DNA from: Cetorhinus maximus
Taxonomy: Eukaryota
Length of the DNA: 64,000 nt
Reading direction: 5' to 3'
Assembly (NCBI RefSeq): GCF_964194155.1
Contig: NC_135881.1
Coordinates: 150,536,001 to 150,600,000, forward strand
Position numbers and translations under genes: made by a program. This document shows, piece by piece, positions 1 through 12,264 of the stretch. The notes beneath the pieces are model-generated. The model saw only the letters and a program-made list of their open reading frames with translations. It ran no database searches and was not told where the DNA came from. Every line of letters starts with the position of its first letter. Within the stretch, counting starts at the first letter, position 1.

Positions 1-1520
1 CAAGGATATAGGGGATATAGATAGGCTGAGTGCATGGGCAAAAACTTGGCAGATGGAGTTTAATGTAGGAAAGTGTGAGGTCATGCACTTTGGTGGGAAG
101 AATCAAAAGGCAGACAATTATTTAAATGGAGAGAGACTCCAAAAAAGTGCAGCACAGAGGGATCTGGGTGTTCTTGTGCATGAAACACAAAATGTTAGCA
201 TACAGGTGCAGCAAGTAATTAAGAAGGCAAATGGAATTTTGGCCTGTATTGCCAGGCGGTTAGAGTTTAAAAATAGGGAAGTCTTGTTACAAGAGTCCAG
301 GGTGTTCCTAAGACCGCACCTGGAGTACTGTGTAGAATTTTGGTCCCCATATTTAAGAAAGGATATACTGGCATTGGTGGCAGCTCAAAAGAGATTCACT
401 AGGCTGATTCCTGGGATGAAGGGGTTGACTTATCAAGAACAGCTAAACAGGTTAGGCCTTTATTCATTACAGTTTAGAAGAATGAGGGGTGATCTTGTTG
501 AAACATACAAAATTCTGAGGGGGTTTGACAGGGTAGATGTTGAGGAGATGTTTCTACTAGTAGGGGAATTTCAAACTAGGGGACATCATTACAGATTAAG
601 GGGACACTCATTTAAAACTAAGATGCGATGGAATTTCTTCTCTCAGAGGGTAGTGAATGTCTGGAATTCTCTACCTCAGAGAGTTGTGGAGGCTAGGGGC
701 AGAATATTGCCGTTGGCGTGCGGGGGTGGGCCCGATACACCGACCTGTAAAATGACGCGCGATGATGTCGAGCGTGCATCCCAGCGTCATTTCAATATTT
801 CGTTCGGCGAGCACGCACTGGAGGCAGCTGCACGCCCGCCAAACTGTCAACGGACTATTAAGACCATTAAAAAAGCAATTAAAGTTGTTGACAATGCTGC
901 CCATCCAATCTTAAGGTTGGCGGGCAGGCGAAGAGCCCAAGCAGCATTTGCGTTATTCAGGAAACCTCATCCACGGGCGGGATGAGGTTTCCTGAAGGTT
1001 TTATAAAATAATTAAATACATTTTGACAAATTGACAAACCTGTCCCAGCTCATGTGACACTGTCACATAAGGGGATATGTCTAAATAATTTTTTCACTTT
1101 ATTTATAAAAAAGTTTCATTATGTACCTAATCTCCCTGAGGCAGCTCCGTGCCTCAGAGAGATTGCTACGCTCTTTTGCACGCACGCCTATCACGCTGGG
1201 CAGGCCTTAATTAGCCTGCCCACGTCAAATGGTGGCGCGCAGCCGATCGCAGGTGGCAATCAGCACCGCGCCCGCCCGGGCCCGCTACTGCCCAGCCCAC
1301 CCGACATAGGTAAGTCTCAGCCCAGATCACTGAAAGAATTTAAAGAGGAGGTAGATAGATTTTTGAAATATTGGGGAGCTGAGGGCTATGAGGAGCTGGC
1401 ACTAAAGAGGAGGTGAGGCCTGGGGCAGATCAGCCATGATCTTATTGAATGGTGGGGCAGGCTTGAGGGGCCGAATGGCCTAATCCTGCTTCTATTTCTT
1501 AAATTCTTATGTTCTTATGA
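1..1520 (+). mobile_element. CR1-clade LINE, 3' fragment (RT C-terminus and 3' UTR), interrupted by a MITE at 697-1323
   Basis: ORF 53.. gives FNVGKCEVMHFG, LRPHLEYCVEFWSP, FFSQRVVNVWNSLP (CR1 ORF2 tail). CR1 resumes at ~1324 and ends in a (TTCTTATG)-like repeat. Confidence 0.92.
697..1323 (+). mobile_element. Harbinger-type MITE (family A), copy 1
   Basis: Termini GGGCAGAAT...TCTCAGCCC; flanks TAG/(C)AG; splits a CR1; 17-bp perfect internal stem 956-996; homologous to other copies in the window. Confidence 0.85.
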
Positions 1521-2178
1521 GGTAATTTTCATGCAGAATTTTGGAAATGGACTTATTTGGGTTCCTGGTATAATTGCCTCTAAAACTGGACCTTGTCATA
1601 CCGTGTGAAAGTGGAAGACCGGATTGTTCGAAAACATGTGGATCATCTAAGGAGTAGAGAGACATTCCAACAATCAGCTATTCCGCCTGTAATTTAATCC
1701 CTGAGGTGCCAGATTGACCTAGAATAGACATAGCTGATGTCTCTGTTGAATTACCTAACCCAAAACTGCCATTGTCTAAGGATGTCCCTGATGCTGCAGT
1801 TCCTGATCTTGCCGATCCAGTGGGAGAACCTCAAACCATAGAGCTACGCCGCTCTAACCGAATTAGAAAACCACCTCAGAGACTTAATCTATAATCGGAT
1901 GACCTGTGTATACATGTACATGTTGTGGGTTAAGATATTTTTTGTAAATAAGAAATGTAAAAAAAGCTCAAAGAGGAGGAAATGTAATGATTGTAGGTAA
2001 AACCTTTCCTACTGACTTTAGGGGTCATGCGATTGTACTGACGAATGAGCCCTGAGCATGGGTAATCTTAGGGGTAGAGCTTTATAGTCGAGACCTGGTT
2101 CAAGCATGTAGCTTCTAAAGATTTCCATAATAAAGTTATCTGTTTCAAGTAACTGTCCGGTACATCAAGTTCATTACA
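1521..2178 (+). mobile_element. Gypsy-like LTR retrotransposon 3' remnant with 3' LTR (1983-2178)
   Basis: Degenerate post-integrase text (VRKHVDHLRSR, LRRSNRIRKPPQRLNL*); polypurine tract AAAGAGGAGGAAA; LTR bounded by TGTAATGA...TCATTACA with AATAAA. Confidence 0.85.
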
Positions 2179-2486
2179 GTTGGCTGTTGTTACTGTGTGC
2201 CATACACTGCAAATAGATGTTCACACAACATTTACCACCCACAAATAGTCTAAAAATAGAATGAAACCGTCCCAGTGATCTATTGAATTTTATAAAGAAC
2301 AGCTGATATATTTAGCTACTTTAACACTTTATTTCAGTATGTAGAAGTCATCAACAAATTCTTAAGTCACTGACTGATTTTAATGTTATGTATTCACCCT
2401 CATGTATTCATAATTCTCCAAAGGGATCAAATCATGGGCTACAATATTAATAAGGAACATTCATTTCAAATTCCTCAACTTAATTG

Positions 2487-2955
2487 TTTCAGCTATGGCT
2501 CAGTTGGTAGCACTCTCACCTCTGAGTCACAAGGTTCCAGGTTTAAGTTCCGCCCTAGGACTTGAGCACAGAGAAATCAAGGCTGGCTCTCCAGTGCAGT
2601 ACTGAGGGACAGTTACGCTGTCAGAGGTACCATCTTTTGGATGAGATATTAAACTGAGGCCTCATCTGCCCTCACAGATGGACATAAGAGATCCCATGAA
2701 CCATTTTGAAGAAGAGCAGGGAATTATTCCTGGTGTCCTGAGCAATATTAATCACTATATCAATGTTGCAAGAAACAGAATGTCTGGTCATTGCTGTTTG
2801 AGGAAGCTTGCTGTATGCAAATTGGCCATCACGTTTCTAACATTGCAACAGTTTACAGTTACTGCAGTGTAAAAGTACAGGTACTTAAATTGGCTGCAAA
2901 ACGCTTTGAGATGCTCGGTGGACATGAAAAGTGCCATATAAATGCAAGTCTTTTT
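2487..2955 (+). mobile_element. tRNA-derived DeuSINE (SacSINE1-like)
   Basis: A-box TGGCTCAGTTGG head; Deu-domain-like CAGTGCAGTACTGAGGG...GAAGAAGAGCAGGG; ends ATAAATGCAAGTCTTTT; homologous to 42388-42846. Confidence 0.85.
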
Positions 2956-4318
2956 TTTACTATTTTACACAGGAGCATAGGAATATACAGATATGGGTAG
3001 ATCACTGTCAACCATCCAGTTGAATTAAAATAAATTTGGGTTATTTCCTTTTTTTAAGTGATGGGAAGGTGAATTTTATGCAAATAGATTAACATGTTTA
3101 TCACATATTGTAAAGCGTGCTTCACACCCATGTATGATTTAGTAAAGTATAGCCTTCAACTGATATGACTGGCATGATATATAAATATATAAAAATATAC
3201 GTATTATATATATGGAAAAACAGTAATATATTGTTTGATTGAAAACTATAATAATGTTCAAAACAAATCTAAATTTGAAGTGTCATATCATTCCCATCAT
3301 TAAACGGGGCAGCTATTTTAATTTGAGACTGATAGGAGAGCAACTTCATGTACCCACCCAGCTGAGCCCAATGGTATTATTCAAAACAAAAACACAATAA
3401 AATCTAGCCCTGAATTCATTTAAGATGGTGAAAACAGATAACATAAATGTATTCCACTTGCAAAGTTCACGGCAGTTATTCTTCATCTTTATGAAGCATT
3501 CCTGTCTAATCTGACAGAAGTCAATGAAAAGAATCTATTTCCTTGCAAATCTGCCTGTTTAGTATTATCGTGTAAAAAAATTACTTATGCTTCACAGCGT
3601 GCTATCTCTTTGGTACATTGCTAGTTGCAGAACTTGGCACATAATAAATTAATGTTCAATTTCCCATCTAATGGCATGGAATAATTGTACAATGCAAGTA
3701 TATGGTTAGAAACTTGATGTATGGATATTTAGGGATTCTTCTTGTGTGGTATGTACAATAATAGTATGACTAACTCCAGACCATTTTCTCAATCGCTTGT
3801 TATATATGCACTTATTAAACAGTTTTGGGCAGAGAGTCTGAGGGTATATTGACACTGCAAGTTTCTCTGATGGTGTAAGGTGATTTCAGCTCCACACCAA
3901 CATGAAACGAGAAACATAAACCCAGGTTCACCAAATCAAAAGCAATTTGCCAACCAAAAGTACAGTTTTTGATTAAAAATATTAATAATTTCTAAAAAAG
4001 TAAAATTTGAGATGTTTATCTTTGCTACGACCTGTAAGAATCTCAGTGGGCTGACACTGGAGCTGCAGTGTCTTGCAGTAGGTAAAAAGGCGTTTGAATC
4101 TCTGAAAGGGTTAGTAACACTGTGCTATGGTTTGACATCAAGTGGAGCATAACTGCAGTGTCAAACTGGTTTACAAAATTAGGCTCCCTTCCCACTTTGT
4201 AACCCATAAACATAAATATTCTGAGTGTGGTAATTTTGGGGGACAGCTCTATGAAATGCATCCTGATTCCTCTTTTTGATTTTGGATAGGAACATTGTCG
4301 ATTTGAGGTTGATTTATT

Positions 4319-4352
4319 TCAGTAAATCCCAGCTTGTTGCTGCATACTGTAC
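4319..4352 (-). CDS. Candidate terminal coding exon of an unidentified minus-strand host gene
   Basis: Acceptor TTGCATTTCTAG|G; in phase with the 4829-4928 candidate it gives (K)YSMQQQAGIY*; non-repetitive context. Confidence 0.25.
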
Positions 4353-4828
4353 CTAGAAATGCAATTACATCAGTGAATAGAGAAAGTTTCCACTTTGTGA
4401 CACATGACCTCACCATGGCACACCTGGTGAGAAATCCCAGGTATGAGAGCCAGGAGGCCTTCTGCAAACTTCAGCAAATATACTTCTATGGGTACTTCAT
4501 TGTCCACAATATAACTTTACTAAACACCTTTCTTGCGGAAGCGTATGGGAATCATTGTTATAATTTTCTGTGATTGCTAGGCCACAATTCACTGGAAAAT
4601 TATGGTTTTGTGCCTGGAAATATGGAAAACATTCTTTATATGCTAAAGAATATATGTAATATCCCAGGTTACAGTAAATGCTACATTCTTTCCTGATTTT
4701 TTGTTTCCCATAGCCATAACAAATATGAAAGAATATATTTAGATATATGCTAAAATGTATTAACTGGATAAATGATGAAGTGTACCATGTTCTAAATGAC
4801 AGCTGCACACTGAATGATTACATCTTAC

Positions 4829-4928
4829 TTTTTCCAGGGTTCGATGTCTGATGGATGTCTGTCAGATCGGAATTGATTAGATTGACATGAACAGCACAGA
4901 AATGTCCCGAGGGCTGATCTGCTCAACC
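4829..4928 (-). CDS. Candidate 100-nt internal exon of an unidentified host gene
   Basis: Acceptor CTCTATCTGTTTCAAG| and donor |GTAAGA; one open frame LSRSALGTFLCCSCQSNQFRSDRHPSDIEPWK. Confidence 0.3.
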
Positions 4929-5789
4929 CTTGAAACAGATAGAGCTTAAGTAAAGCACTACCCATTTTGCATTTTTTTTTAGAGTGATGTGCATTTGCAT
5001 TTGAACCATGTAATTTAGACTTAATTCATGCTCTAGCACCATGCATTTACACTCAGGATTCTTGAGGGGGAGTAGGGCAATTTAAATTATGGAATGGCTC
5101 ATTATTTTAATATTTGTGGTCACTGCAGCTGTTTCTTCAATACAATGACTAGTTTTCAGAGCACAATGAACTTGCATTTTCATTAGATTTTTGAGGTTTC
5201 ATCATTAAAAGAAATTCGACAACCACTGACTCTTCTTAAACTGAAGATGTTATTTTACAAGCTTATTTTAAATAAAGAAATACCTAATGTATTTAGCCTG
5301 TATCTAAAAGCTACATACAAGTCAACATTTATACATCAGAGCAAAACTGCATATTATGTACACATTCTGCTCCTTTAGGTAGGTTCCTTAATTTACCTAA
5401 GTGTGCAAGAAAATCAATAATTTGGTAGTTTTAAAAAGACAAATAAAATGTAGACTTCCCTTACTTTTAAATAATCTAAGTACATTCATTTTTTAAAAAT
5501 CTATGGCAAGCTTGATTCCTAAAAAAAGCGAAAATGGATTAGACTTCCCCTTGGAGCAAGTAGGATTTGTGTTGCTGCAAAAAAAAAAAATTGTATGATA
5601 TGCTTCCCCCTCTTTTTGATTTTCTTCTTGTGACAGATTTACTGTCATGCCTACTTTCGTGAGTGGCTATAAAAGGAGGGGGAAAATCCAATGTGTAATA
5701 CTGCTCGGTTATGCCCAATAATTGAAGTATTCAATGACACAAACCCATCTTGGCATGAAAGTTTAATGTCGGGATATAAGAAGGCAAAG

Positions 5790-6065
5790 CAATAAAGAAA
5801 AACAGAATATGCTGGAAATGAGCAAGTAATCAGTCAGCCTCTGTGAAGAGAAAAGACATGTTAAAATTTTGGATGTAACCCTTCATCAGAATTGAAAATT
5901 GGAGGATAACAAGACTATCTTGTTGACCCTTCAGTTTTCAGTTCCGACGATGGATAATATGTGAAATGTTAACTTGTCTTTATTCCATACAAATGCTGAC
6001 TGCTCTGTGGTGTATTCTAGCATTTCCTATTTTTATTTCAGATTTCTAGCACTTGTGTTTTTTTA
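5790..6065. repeat. Inverted pair of Penelope-type terminal repeat fragments (fold-back)
   Basis: AAAAACAGAATATGCTGGAAAT...CTTCATCAGAA followed by its degenerate reverse complement ...GAAATGTTAACT...CTAGCATTTCCTATTTTTATTTC; related to 9755-9853, 37685-37762 and 59329-59432. Confidence 0.65.
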
Positions 6066-7599
6066 TTAGAAATAGAACCAAGCCAACCATAAGTGCAAAT
6101 CACATTAGGAAAAGGGAATGAACATCTTGCACAGTGATGGTGCGAAAGGAAACAACTCGTCCATTTCTGACTAAATTGCTTTTAGTGTTAATTTCCAACT
6201 GGTCTTAAATATTCATAACCTTTGTGAGAATAATCATAATTTCTGTTTGACCTCTATCAAGAATAGATTTTTTTGTCATTTTATGTGGGCTGTGATCTAA
6301 ATGTTGCTTAAGTACGTTAAGCACTATAATCTATTAAGCATTTTTGCAGCTCATAATACAATTTTCACTTCCACCAAATGAAAGGAAGTAACTTAATATA
6401 AAATGACTAGTGAGAAACACATCACCCAATTTAACATATTAAACCATTAACATTTAAGAATCCACTGTTAAATGGCTGCATAATTAAAAGAATGCCCCTT
6501 TTAAATGTTTTTTTCCCACATGCATCAGAAGCAATATTCAAATCAAGGGGAAGACCTTTCACATACATGAGGCTATAATGGAGAGCTTAGCATAACTTCT
6601 GCCTGATTTCCAATTCAAATAGCAGCAGAGAAGTTCAGTGTGCCAATGCAGATTGGAGTTTATCCTTCTTTCACACCACAAGATTCTTCACGCTCTGGAA
6701 ATATTTTGCTTATCAGTGAAAAGCAATGATCAACACCTCACATCCCAAAGGGATTTAGCCAGTTAGATTGTTGACATTCAGCATACATAGTCAAAAGCTT
6801 GTGGGCAATATCTCTGCCTGATCGTGAGCACATTCGCAATTTGCGAAAATGTGCAGTTGTTTTTCTACCAAATTGCACAATGTGCAAATGTACATTGATA
6901 CAAATTACACCAGATTCCCATTAAAAATATGGATTCATGCAGAAAGCCATACTATACAGGCCAGTTAGGCACACATTAGCAGATTTCTAAAAAGGCATTC
7001 GCCCTCAATATGCTATTCTCCAGTTTTTGCTGATTTTTTATATTATGCATTTTGATAAGCCTTTGTCCTCCTCAGTCAGCGTTCGAGTTAGAACACTTCT
7101 GTGCTTTGTTTTAGTATCCAATCAGCATCAAGTATTCACAGCTCAGCAAAAATATGGCTGAACGTGGAACAGGTTTTTGCCCACATTGCCTCAGCAATGG
7201 GCCTGAATCAAAATAAAGAATGGCACACCCCACTGCTCAGTGTGTGTTCCTATTTTACACACCAGCATTCTTTTAGCTTCTAAAAATGCCAACACATTGC
7301 TATTTATTTTGAATTCTGGTCTGCTTTGAACTTTGGATTTGTAACAGCGTATAAACATAAAGCCCACCACTGTGTCTTGGATCCTGAACTTCCAATTGTC
7401 TAAACTGAGGGCAAATAAGCCTACTCGCACAATCATAATATTTTTATCTAATGGTAATGAATATTAGTTAGTGGGGATTGTTGGTTTAGCACTCAAGTGC
7501 TGATTAGATCCAACTTTTGTGGAGCAGTTTTTGCAGACGCCTTGAATCCACTCCTACTCAAGGCTTGGTCGCCTGGCAGGCACACAATAGTAGGTTTCA

Positions 7600-7730
7600 G
7601 GATGGCTCGAAGACCAAGTGAGATGTGAATAGGTTTTTGGATGTGGCACTGGAAGTCCTGGTGGAGGAGGTCCAGAGGAGGAGGGCTTTTCTGTACATGG
7701 GGGGTGGAAGGACTCCACCTGACCAACGTC
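7600..7730 (+). pseudogene. Harbinger Myb/SANT-like protein N-terminal fragment
   Basis: RFLDVALEVLVEEVQRRRAFLY resembles RFTDVALEALVMEVDRR at ~28950 (-) and NAIF1/MSANTD-type N-termini; truncated by a CR1. Confidence 0.6.
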
Positions 7731-8655
7731 CCATGTTTGCTGACGACACAAAACTTGGTGGAAATGTGAGTAGTGAGGAGAATGTTAAGAACTTCAAGGC
7801 GATTTAGACAAATTAATTGAGTGTGAAAATACATGGCAGGTGCAGTGTAACATGGATAAGTGTGAAGTTATCCACTTCGATAGGAAAAACAGAATGGCAG
7901 AGTATTATTTAAATGGTGATAGGTTGGCAAATGTTGGAAAATGTTACAAAGGGATCTGGGTCCTTGTACACCAACCAACGAAAGCAAGCATACAGATGCA
8001 GCAAGCAGCTAAGAAGGCAAATGGTATGTTGGCCTTCATTGCAAGAGGACTTGAATACAGGAGCAAGGATGTCTTACTGCAGCTGTACAGGGCTTTGGTG
8101 AGACCACACCTGGAGTATTGTGTGCAATTTTGGTCTCCTTAACTAAGAAAGGATATACTTGCTATAGAGTGAGTGCAGCAAAGGTTCACCAGGCTGGTTC
8201 CTGGGATGGCAGGATTGTTGTATGAGGAGAGATTGGGTCGACTAGGCTGGAGTTTAGAAGAATGAGAGGGGATCTTATTGAAATGTATAAAATTCTGACA
8301 GGACTGGACAGACTGGATGCAGGGATTATGTTTCCTCTGGCTGGGTCATCTAGAACAAGGGGTCACAGTCTCAGGTTATGGGGTAGACCATTTAGGACTG
8401 AGATGAGGAGAAACTTCTTCACTCAGAGGGTGGTGAATTTATGGAATTCTCTACCACAGAGGGCTGTGGAGGCCAAGTCACTGAATATATTTAGGAAGGA
8501 AATACGCAGGTTTCTAACTCTAAAGGCATCAAGGGGTATGGGGAGAGACTGGGATTATGATATTGAGATAGAGGGTCAGCCATGACCATATTGAATGGTG
8601 TAGCAGGCTCAAAGGGCCGAATGACCTGCTCCTGCTCCTATTTTCTATGTTTCTT
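7731..8655 (+). mobile_element. CR1-clade LINE, 5'-truncated and frameshifted
   Basis: FADDTKLGG, LYRALVRPHLEYCVQFWSP, RNFFTQRVVNLWNSLP; CR1 3' end with TTTCTATG. Confidence 0.92.
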
Positions 8656-9404
8656 TGTAATATTTTTTATTGCACGCCCTATTCTTTTAAGTGCGCTGCA
8701 CCATTAAATTATTTTGTGTGGCCACGCACGTATGGCAAGTTAAAGAAGTTGACCTGTACTCGGCATATGCAGGAACTTATAGGTTGTTAAACATCCCACA
8801 GCTAAGAGGGAAATTGCATCTTACTCTCTTGTCCCTTCTGTTCCTTTCTCCTGCAGCAGCTGGTGCTGCTCTTCCTGCCCTCATATCCTCCTCCTATCCT
8901 TCCTGCAGACTAAGGGGGTCCCCTATCAAGGTGCCATTGATCAAACACTTCTTTTCTCCTGGTGACTCCAATAAGGTGTCCAATAAGGTGGAAGAGCAAT
9001 GTTCACTCTTCTTAGGTGAATCCTCAGAGAATGTCAGGACTAACTGTTGATAAAGTGCTGGTTTAAACCTTGACAAAGTGTCCCAGAAAGTCTCCCAATG
9101 TGTTTTAAAAGTCCTTTTCAAACCTCCAGCAGCAAGTGAACTGTAAAAAGTGGTATACCTTTAAGTAGTGCTCAAAGTCCTCAGAAACAGCTTGTTTACT
9201 CCCAATCAGCTGCTCACCATTTAATAGAGGGTGTAAGGTCAAGCATTATCCACCAAAATGTCTTGCAGCTACATTAAGTGCTACAAGGTAATTTAAGTGG
9301 CAATCATTGCCTTACGAATCCTATGGCCGTTCCCAATGCAAGCTTCAATTCCTTTAAAAAGGTGGTGTTTTGCACTAAACATAGGTTAAAACTGTATTTC
9401 AGGT

Positions 9405-9535
9405 CAAGACCCCATCCTGGTAACCTCAGAGGCTCTTTAGGGGCTCTGTGCCTCATCTAAAAGATGGCACCACCAATGGTGTAGCACTCTCTCAGTGCTA
9501 CACTGAAGTATCAGCCTGAAGTTTCTGCTCCAGTT
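9405..9535 (-). mobile_element. DeuSINE central fragment
   Basis: Reverse complement matches the SINE core at ~2580-2680. Confidence 0.6.
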
Positions 9536-9754
9536 TTGTCCCCCAATTTTATATCACAGGTAAATTTCTATGGGACAATTTTGACATTGGGCGGTAGTGA
9601 AATGAATGTTATTTATGAAGTCAATGGAAACGAAAATGGGGAAAGATGTATAAGGGGTGTCTGAATTAATATCATCCTTTTTACGTCATCACCCAAAGAC
9701 TGAAGGAGCTAACAGCAGAACCCAATGATGATACCTGAGCACTATCTTGCTGCA

Positions 9755-9853
9755 ATAAAAACAGAAAATGCTGGAAATACTCAGCAGGTCTGGCAGTATC
9801 TGTGGAGGTGGAAACAGTTAATGTTTCAGGTCACAACCTTTCATCAGAACTCC
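9755..9853 (-). repeat. Penelope-type terminal repeat fragment with a minimal hammerhead-ribozyme motif
   Basis: Minus strand reads AGTT-CTGATGA-AAGGTTGTGACCT-GAAA-CATT-AACT followed by the shared tail CCACAGATACTGCCAGACCTGCTGAGTATTTCCAGCATTTTCTG. Confidence 0.65.
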
Positions 9854-9878
9854 ATTTTCCATTCTGATAGCATGTCAT

Positions 9879-10430
9879 TGTAGTATAAAGGGTTATACAG
9901 ATGGGATATGCTAATATCTGACGTAGATGATGTACTACTGACATGTCAGTCATGTGTTAGACTCTCTCTTGAGAGAGAGAGAGAGAGAGGTTGGGATCAT
10001 GCCTAGGAGCTACATGCCTACTCTGTAACTTGTTTTTAGACGTAGGACTAATAAACAAGTGTTAAGCAGATACCAGAGTATGTCTACAGTCTGTCTAAGA
10101 ACCAAGACCCATGCCTAGAGACCAAAGTAGAAGGACCCATCTCAGAACATGGTGGCAGCCATGGGGACATTGGTTTAAAAAGAGACATTGGTGTTATCAA
10201 AGGAACCACAGAGTGAAGAAACCTTTGAAAGCAGCTTGAAGAAATTTCGGCAATAGAAGAAGGCACACTGGATAGGGATAACAATGACCATACCCAGTGA
10301 GCATTTCCTGCTCTCCTCCCAATCTTTTGACTGCCTCGAGGACCCACAGGGAGGCCAGGAGTGGGAGTTATGGAAACGCCATTTTCTCTGGTACCGAGCA
10401 GTGTCAGGTCTTCAGGAAAAAGAGCCAAAG
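9879..10430 (+). mobile_element. 5' LTR (~9879-10149) with tRNA-Leu-type PBS and truncated leader
   Basis: TGTAG...AGAACA, internal AATAAA and (GA)n; directly followed by TGGTGGCAGCCATGGG, close to the complement of the tRNA-Leu 3' end. Confidence 0.7.
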
Positions 10431-10479
10431 CTTCAAGTTAGTTCAATGTGACAGGCAGGAAAGCAGCCGGGAACGGATG

Positions 10480-11099
10480 CTGGGTAAGTAGGCAATCATG
10501 GGGGTGCAGTGGGGGTACAGGGGTAGAATGAATGTCACAGGGGGCAGGGGTGTGATGGGTATTAGAAATTGGATCATTTGGAGGAAATCAGCAATCGTGG
10601 GGAGATTTGGAGAGTGTGGGGATGCAGTAAGTCAGAGATCAGGGAGTGAGGGGAGTCGGGAGATTGCAGGGGCATTCGAGATTATGGGAGTGGAAGGTGG
10701 CAGCCAATCGTGCAGTGTGTAAAGAGGTTAGCCTGTTGGACCTAGATAAAGGTTCCTCCTCCTCCTGACCCACAAGCAGTGCTGTAAATGCATTTACCTC
10801 ATGTTTCTAGCCCATCCAGCCTTCTTTTACATGCCTAGTTTCCCGAGGACTGGGAAACCTGGTCTCCCTGAGTTAACATTAAAAGTCCTGTGAAAATTAA
10901 GATGTGCGGACTCCTTTAAAGCTTTAGCTGTCTGATCCACCTCCTGAGAGCAGATTGATCACCAGCCCCCTGCCTTGGCTTTATCAAAATGGGAAGTGAA
11001 TGAGTTGGACAGTGGTTGTGTTTGGATTTAAGATTTAATTTTTTTTTAATTTCCTACCTATCCCCAACCCACCTGCCCTTTGGGTGTTAATATGGCCCC
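10480..11099 (-). mobile_element. Non-autonomous DNA-transposon-like repeat (family B)
   Basis: Reverse complement resembles 39890-39985 (AGGTAARTGC...GGCTAACCT) and 36060-36330; terminus GGGGCCATATTAAC resembles GGGGTAATTTTAA. Confidence 0.5.
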
Positions 11100-11994
11100 T
11101 ACAAATAAAGTAGATTACTGGATCCAGCACATCACCTAACTGCTAATAATCTACTCCAAAACTGCTGTGACTGCTGGTCACCTCACTTAATTGTTCTGTT
11201 TCCTGTGCCTCTTGTGAAATAAAGAGAATCTGTAGGCCAAATGTTATTGCTTATTTACACTGGTAGCATTTATATTCCAATAAAGTTCTAAAAATACATT
11301 TTAGATATTAGTACTACTCAGAAGATGAGCAACTTTAAGTTTATCAGGACCCTTCATCAGTTCAGTCTATCTCACACAATGGCGAACATTTAAAACAGAC
11401 AGCGGGCACAGGTGTTGGTGGATGCAGGGTGGTTAAAGAAGCAAAATTGCTGGCTTGTCAGGAAAACTGCAGGAATTCGATGACTTCTGTATTTAACTGA
11501 ATTGTGTTTCTACGTCTGTGGGAGACTCCCATGAAACCAATGGACCTAAGATTTCAATGTGGAAATCGCCAATTGACTGCAACTTTAACTCTGGGTTCTT
11601 GCTTTAACTGCCAGCCCACACGCTTCGCAGGCAATATAAAATCCACCAGGTCCAACAAGGCGAGAGCACCGTGGAGATTGACAGGGTGGAGCAATTGACA
11701 GGATGGTAAGTCTTTTAATGCAGAGCTATGACAGCTGTTTCTTTGTGTGAGGCTTTTGTTTACAGGATTTGTTCTGAGAGTGGGTTTTCACTGCGTTAGA
11801 GGTGATTTCCAATACTTTGGAGGTTCCTCTGCAGAGTTTTTTGACGTTGATCTGCACTTCCCAGTTGTTAGCCTTCCCAGCACCATGGCAGCAGATACGC
11901 AGCTCTATGTTGGACCTCTGATAAGAGACAAGGGGAACAGCAGCAGCAACACCAACAGCAACAGCAATAATAAGGCATATAAGCATAAGTTAAG

Positions 11995-12264
11995 AATGCA
12001 TATGGGACAATTGCATTTATTAGCTGAGGCATAGAATATAAGAGCAGGGGTGTTATGCTGGAACTGTATAAAACGCTGGTTAGGCCACAGCTAGAGTATT
12101 GTATGCAGTTCTGGAATCCGCATTATAGGAAGGATGTGATTGCACTGGGGAGAGTGCAGAGCAGATTTACCAGGATGTTGCCTGGGCTGGAGAGTTTTAG
12201 TTATGAGGAGAGATTGGATAGACTGGGGTTATTTTCCCTGGAGCAGAGGAGATTGAGGGGGAGA
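11995..12264 (+). mobile_element. CR1 LINE fragment
   Basis: MLELYKTLVRPQLEYCMQFWNPHY...RLGLFSLEQRRLRG. Confidence 0.85.

Noticed and set aside
53-985. 310-aa ORF as a novel fusion protein
   Set aside because: It is CR1 ORF2 reading through into an inserted MITE.
2487-2570. tRNA gene
   Set aside because: The A/B-box head continues into a SINE body; no cloverleaf. The same applies at 42388.
8894-9121. Possible further Myb/SANT fragment (STLLDTLLES)
   Set aside because: Similarity is too weak to support by eye.
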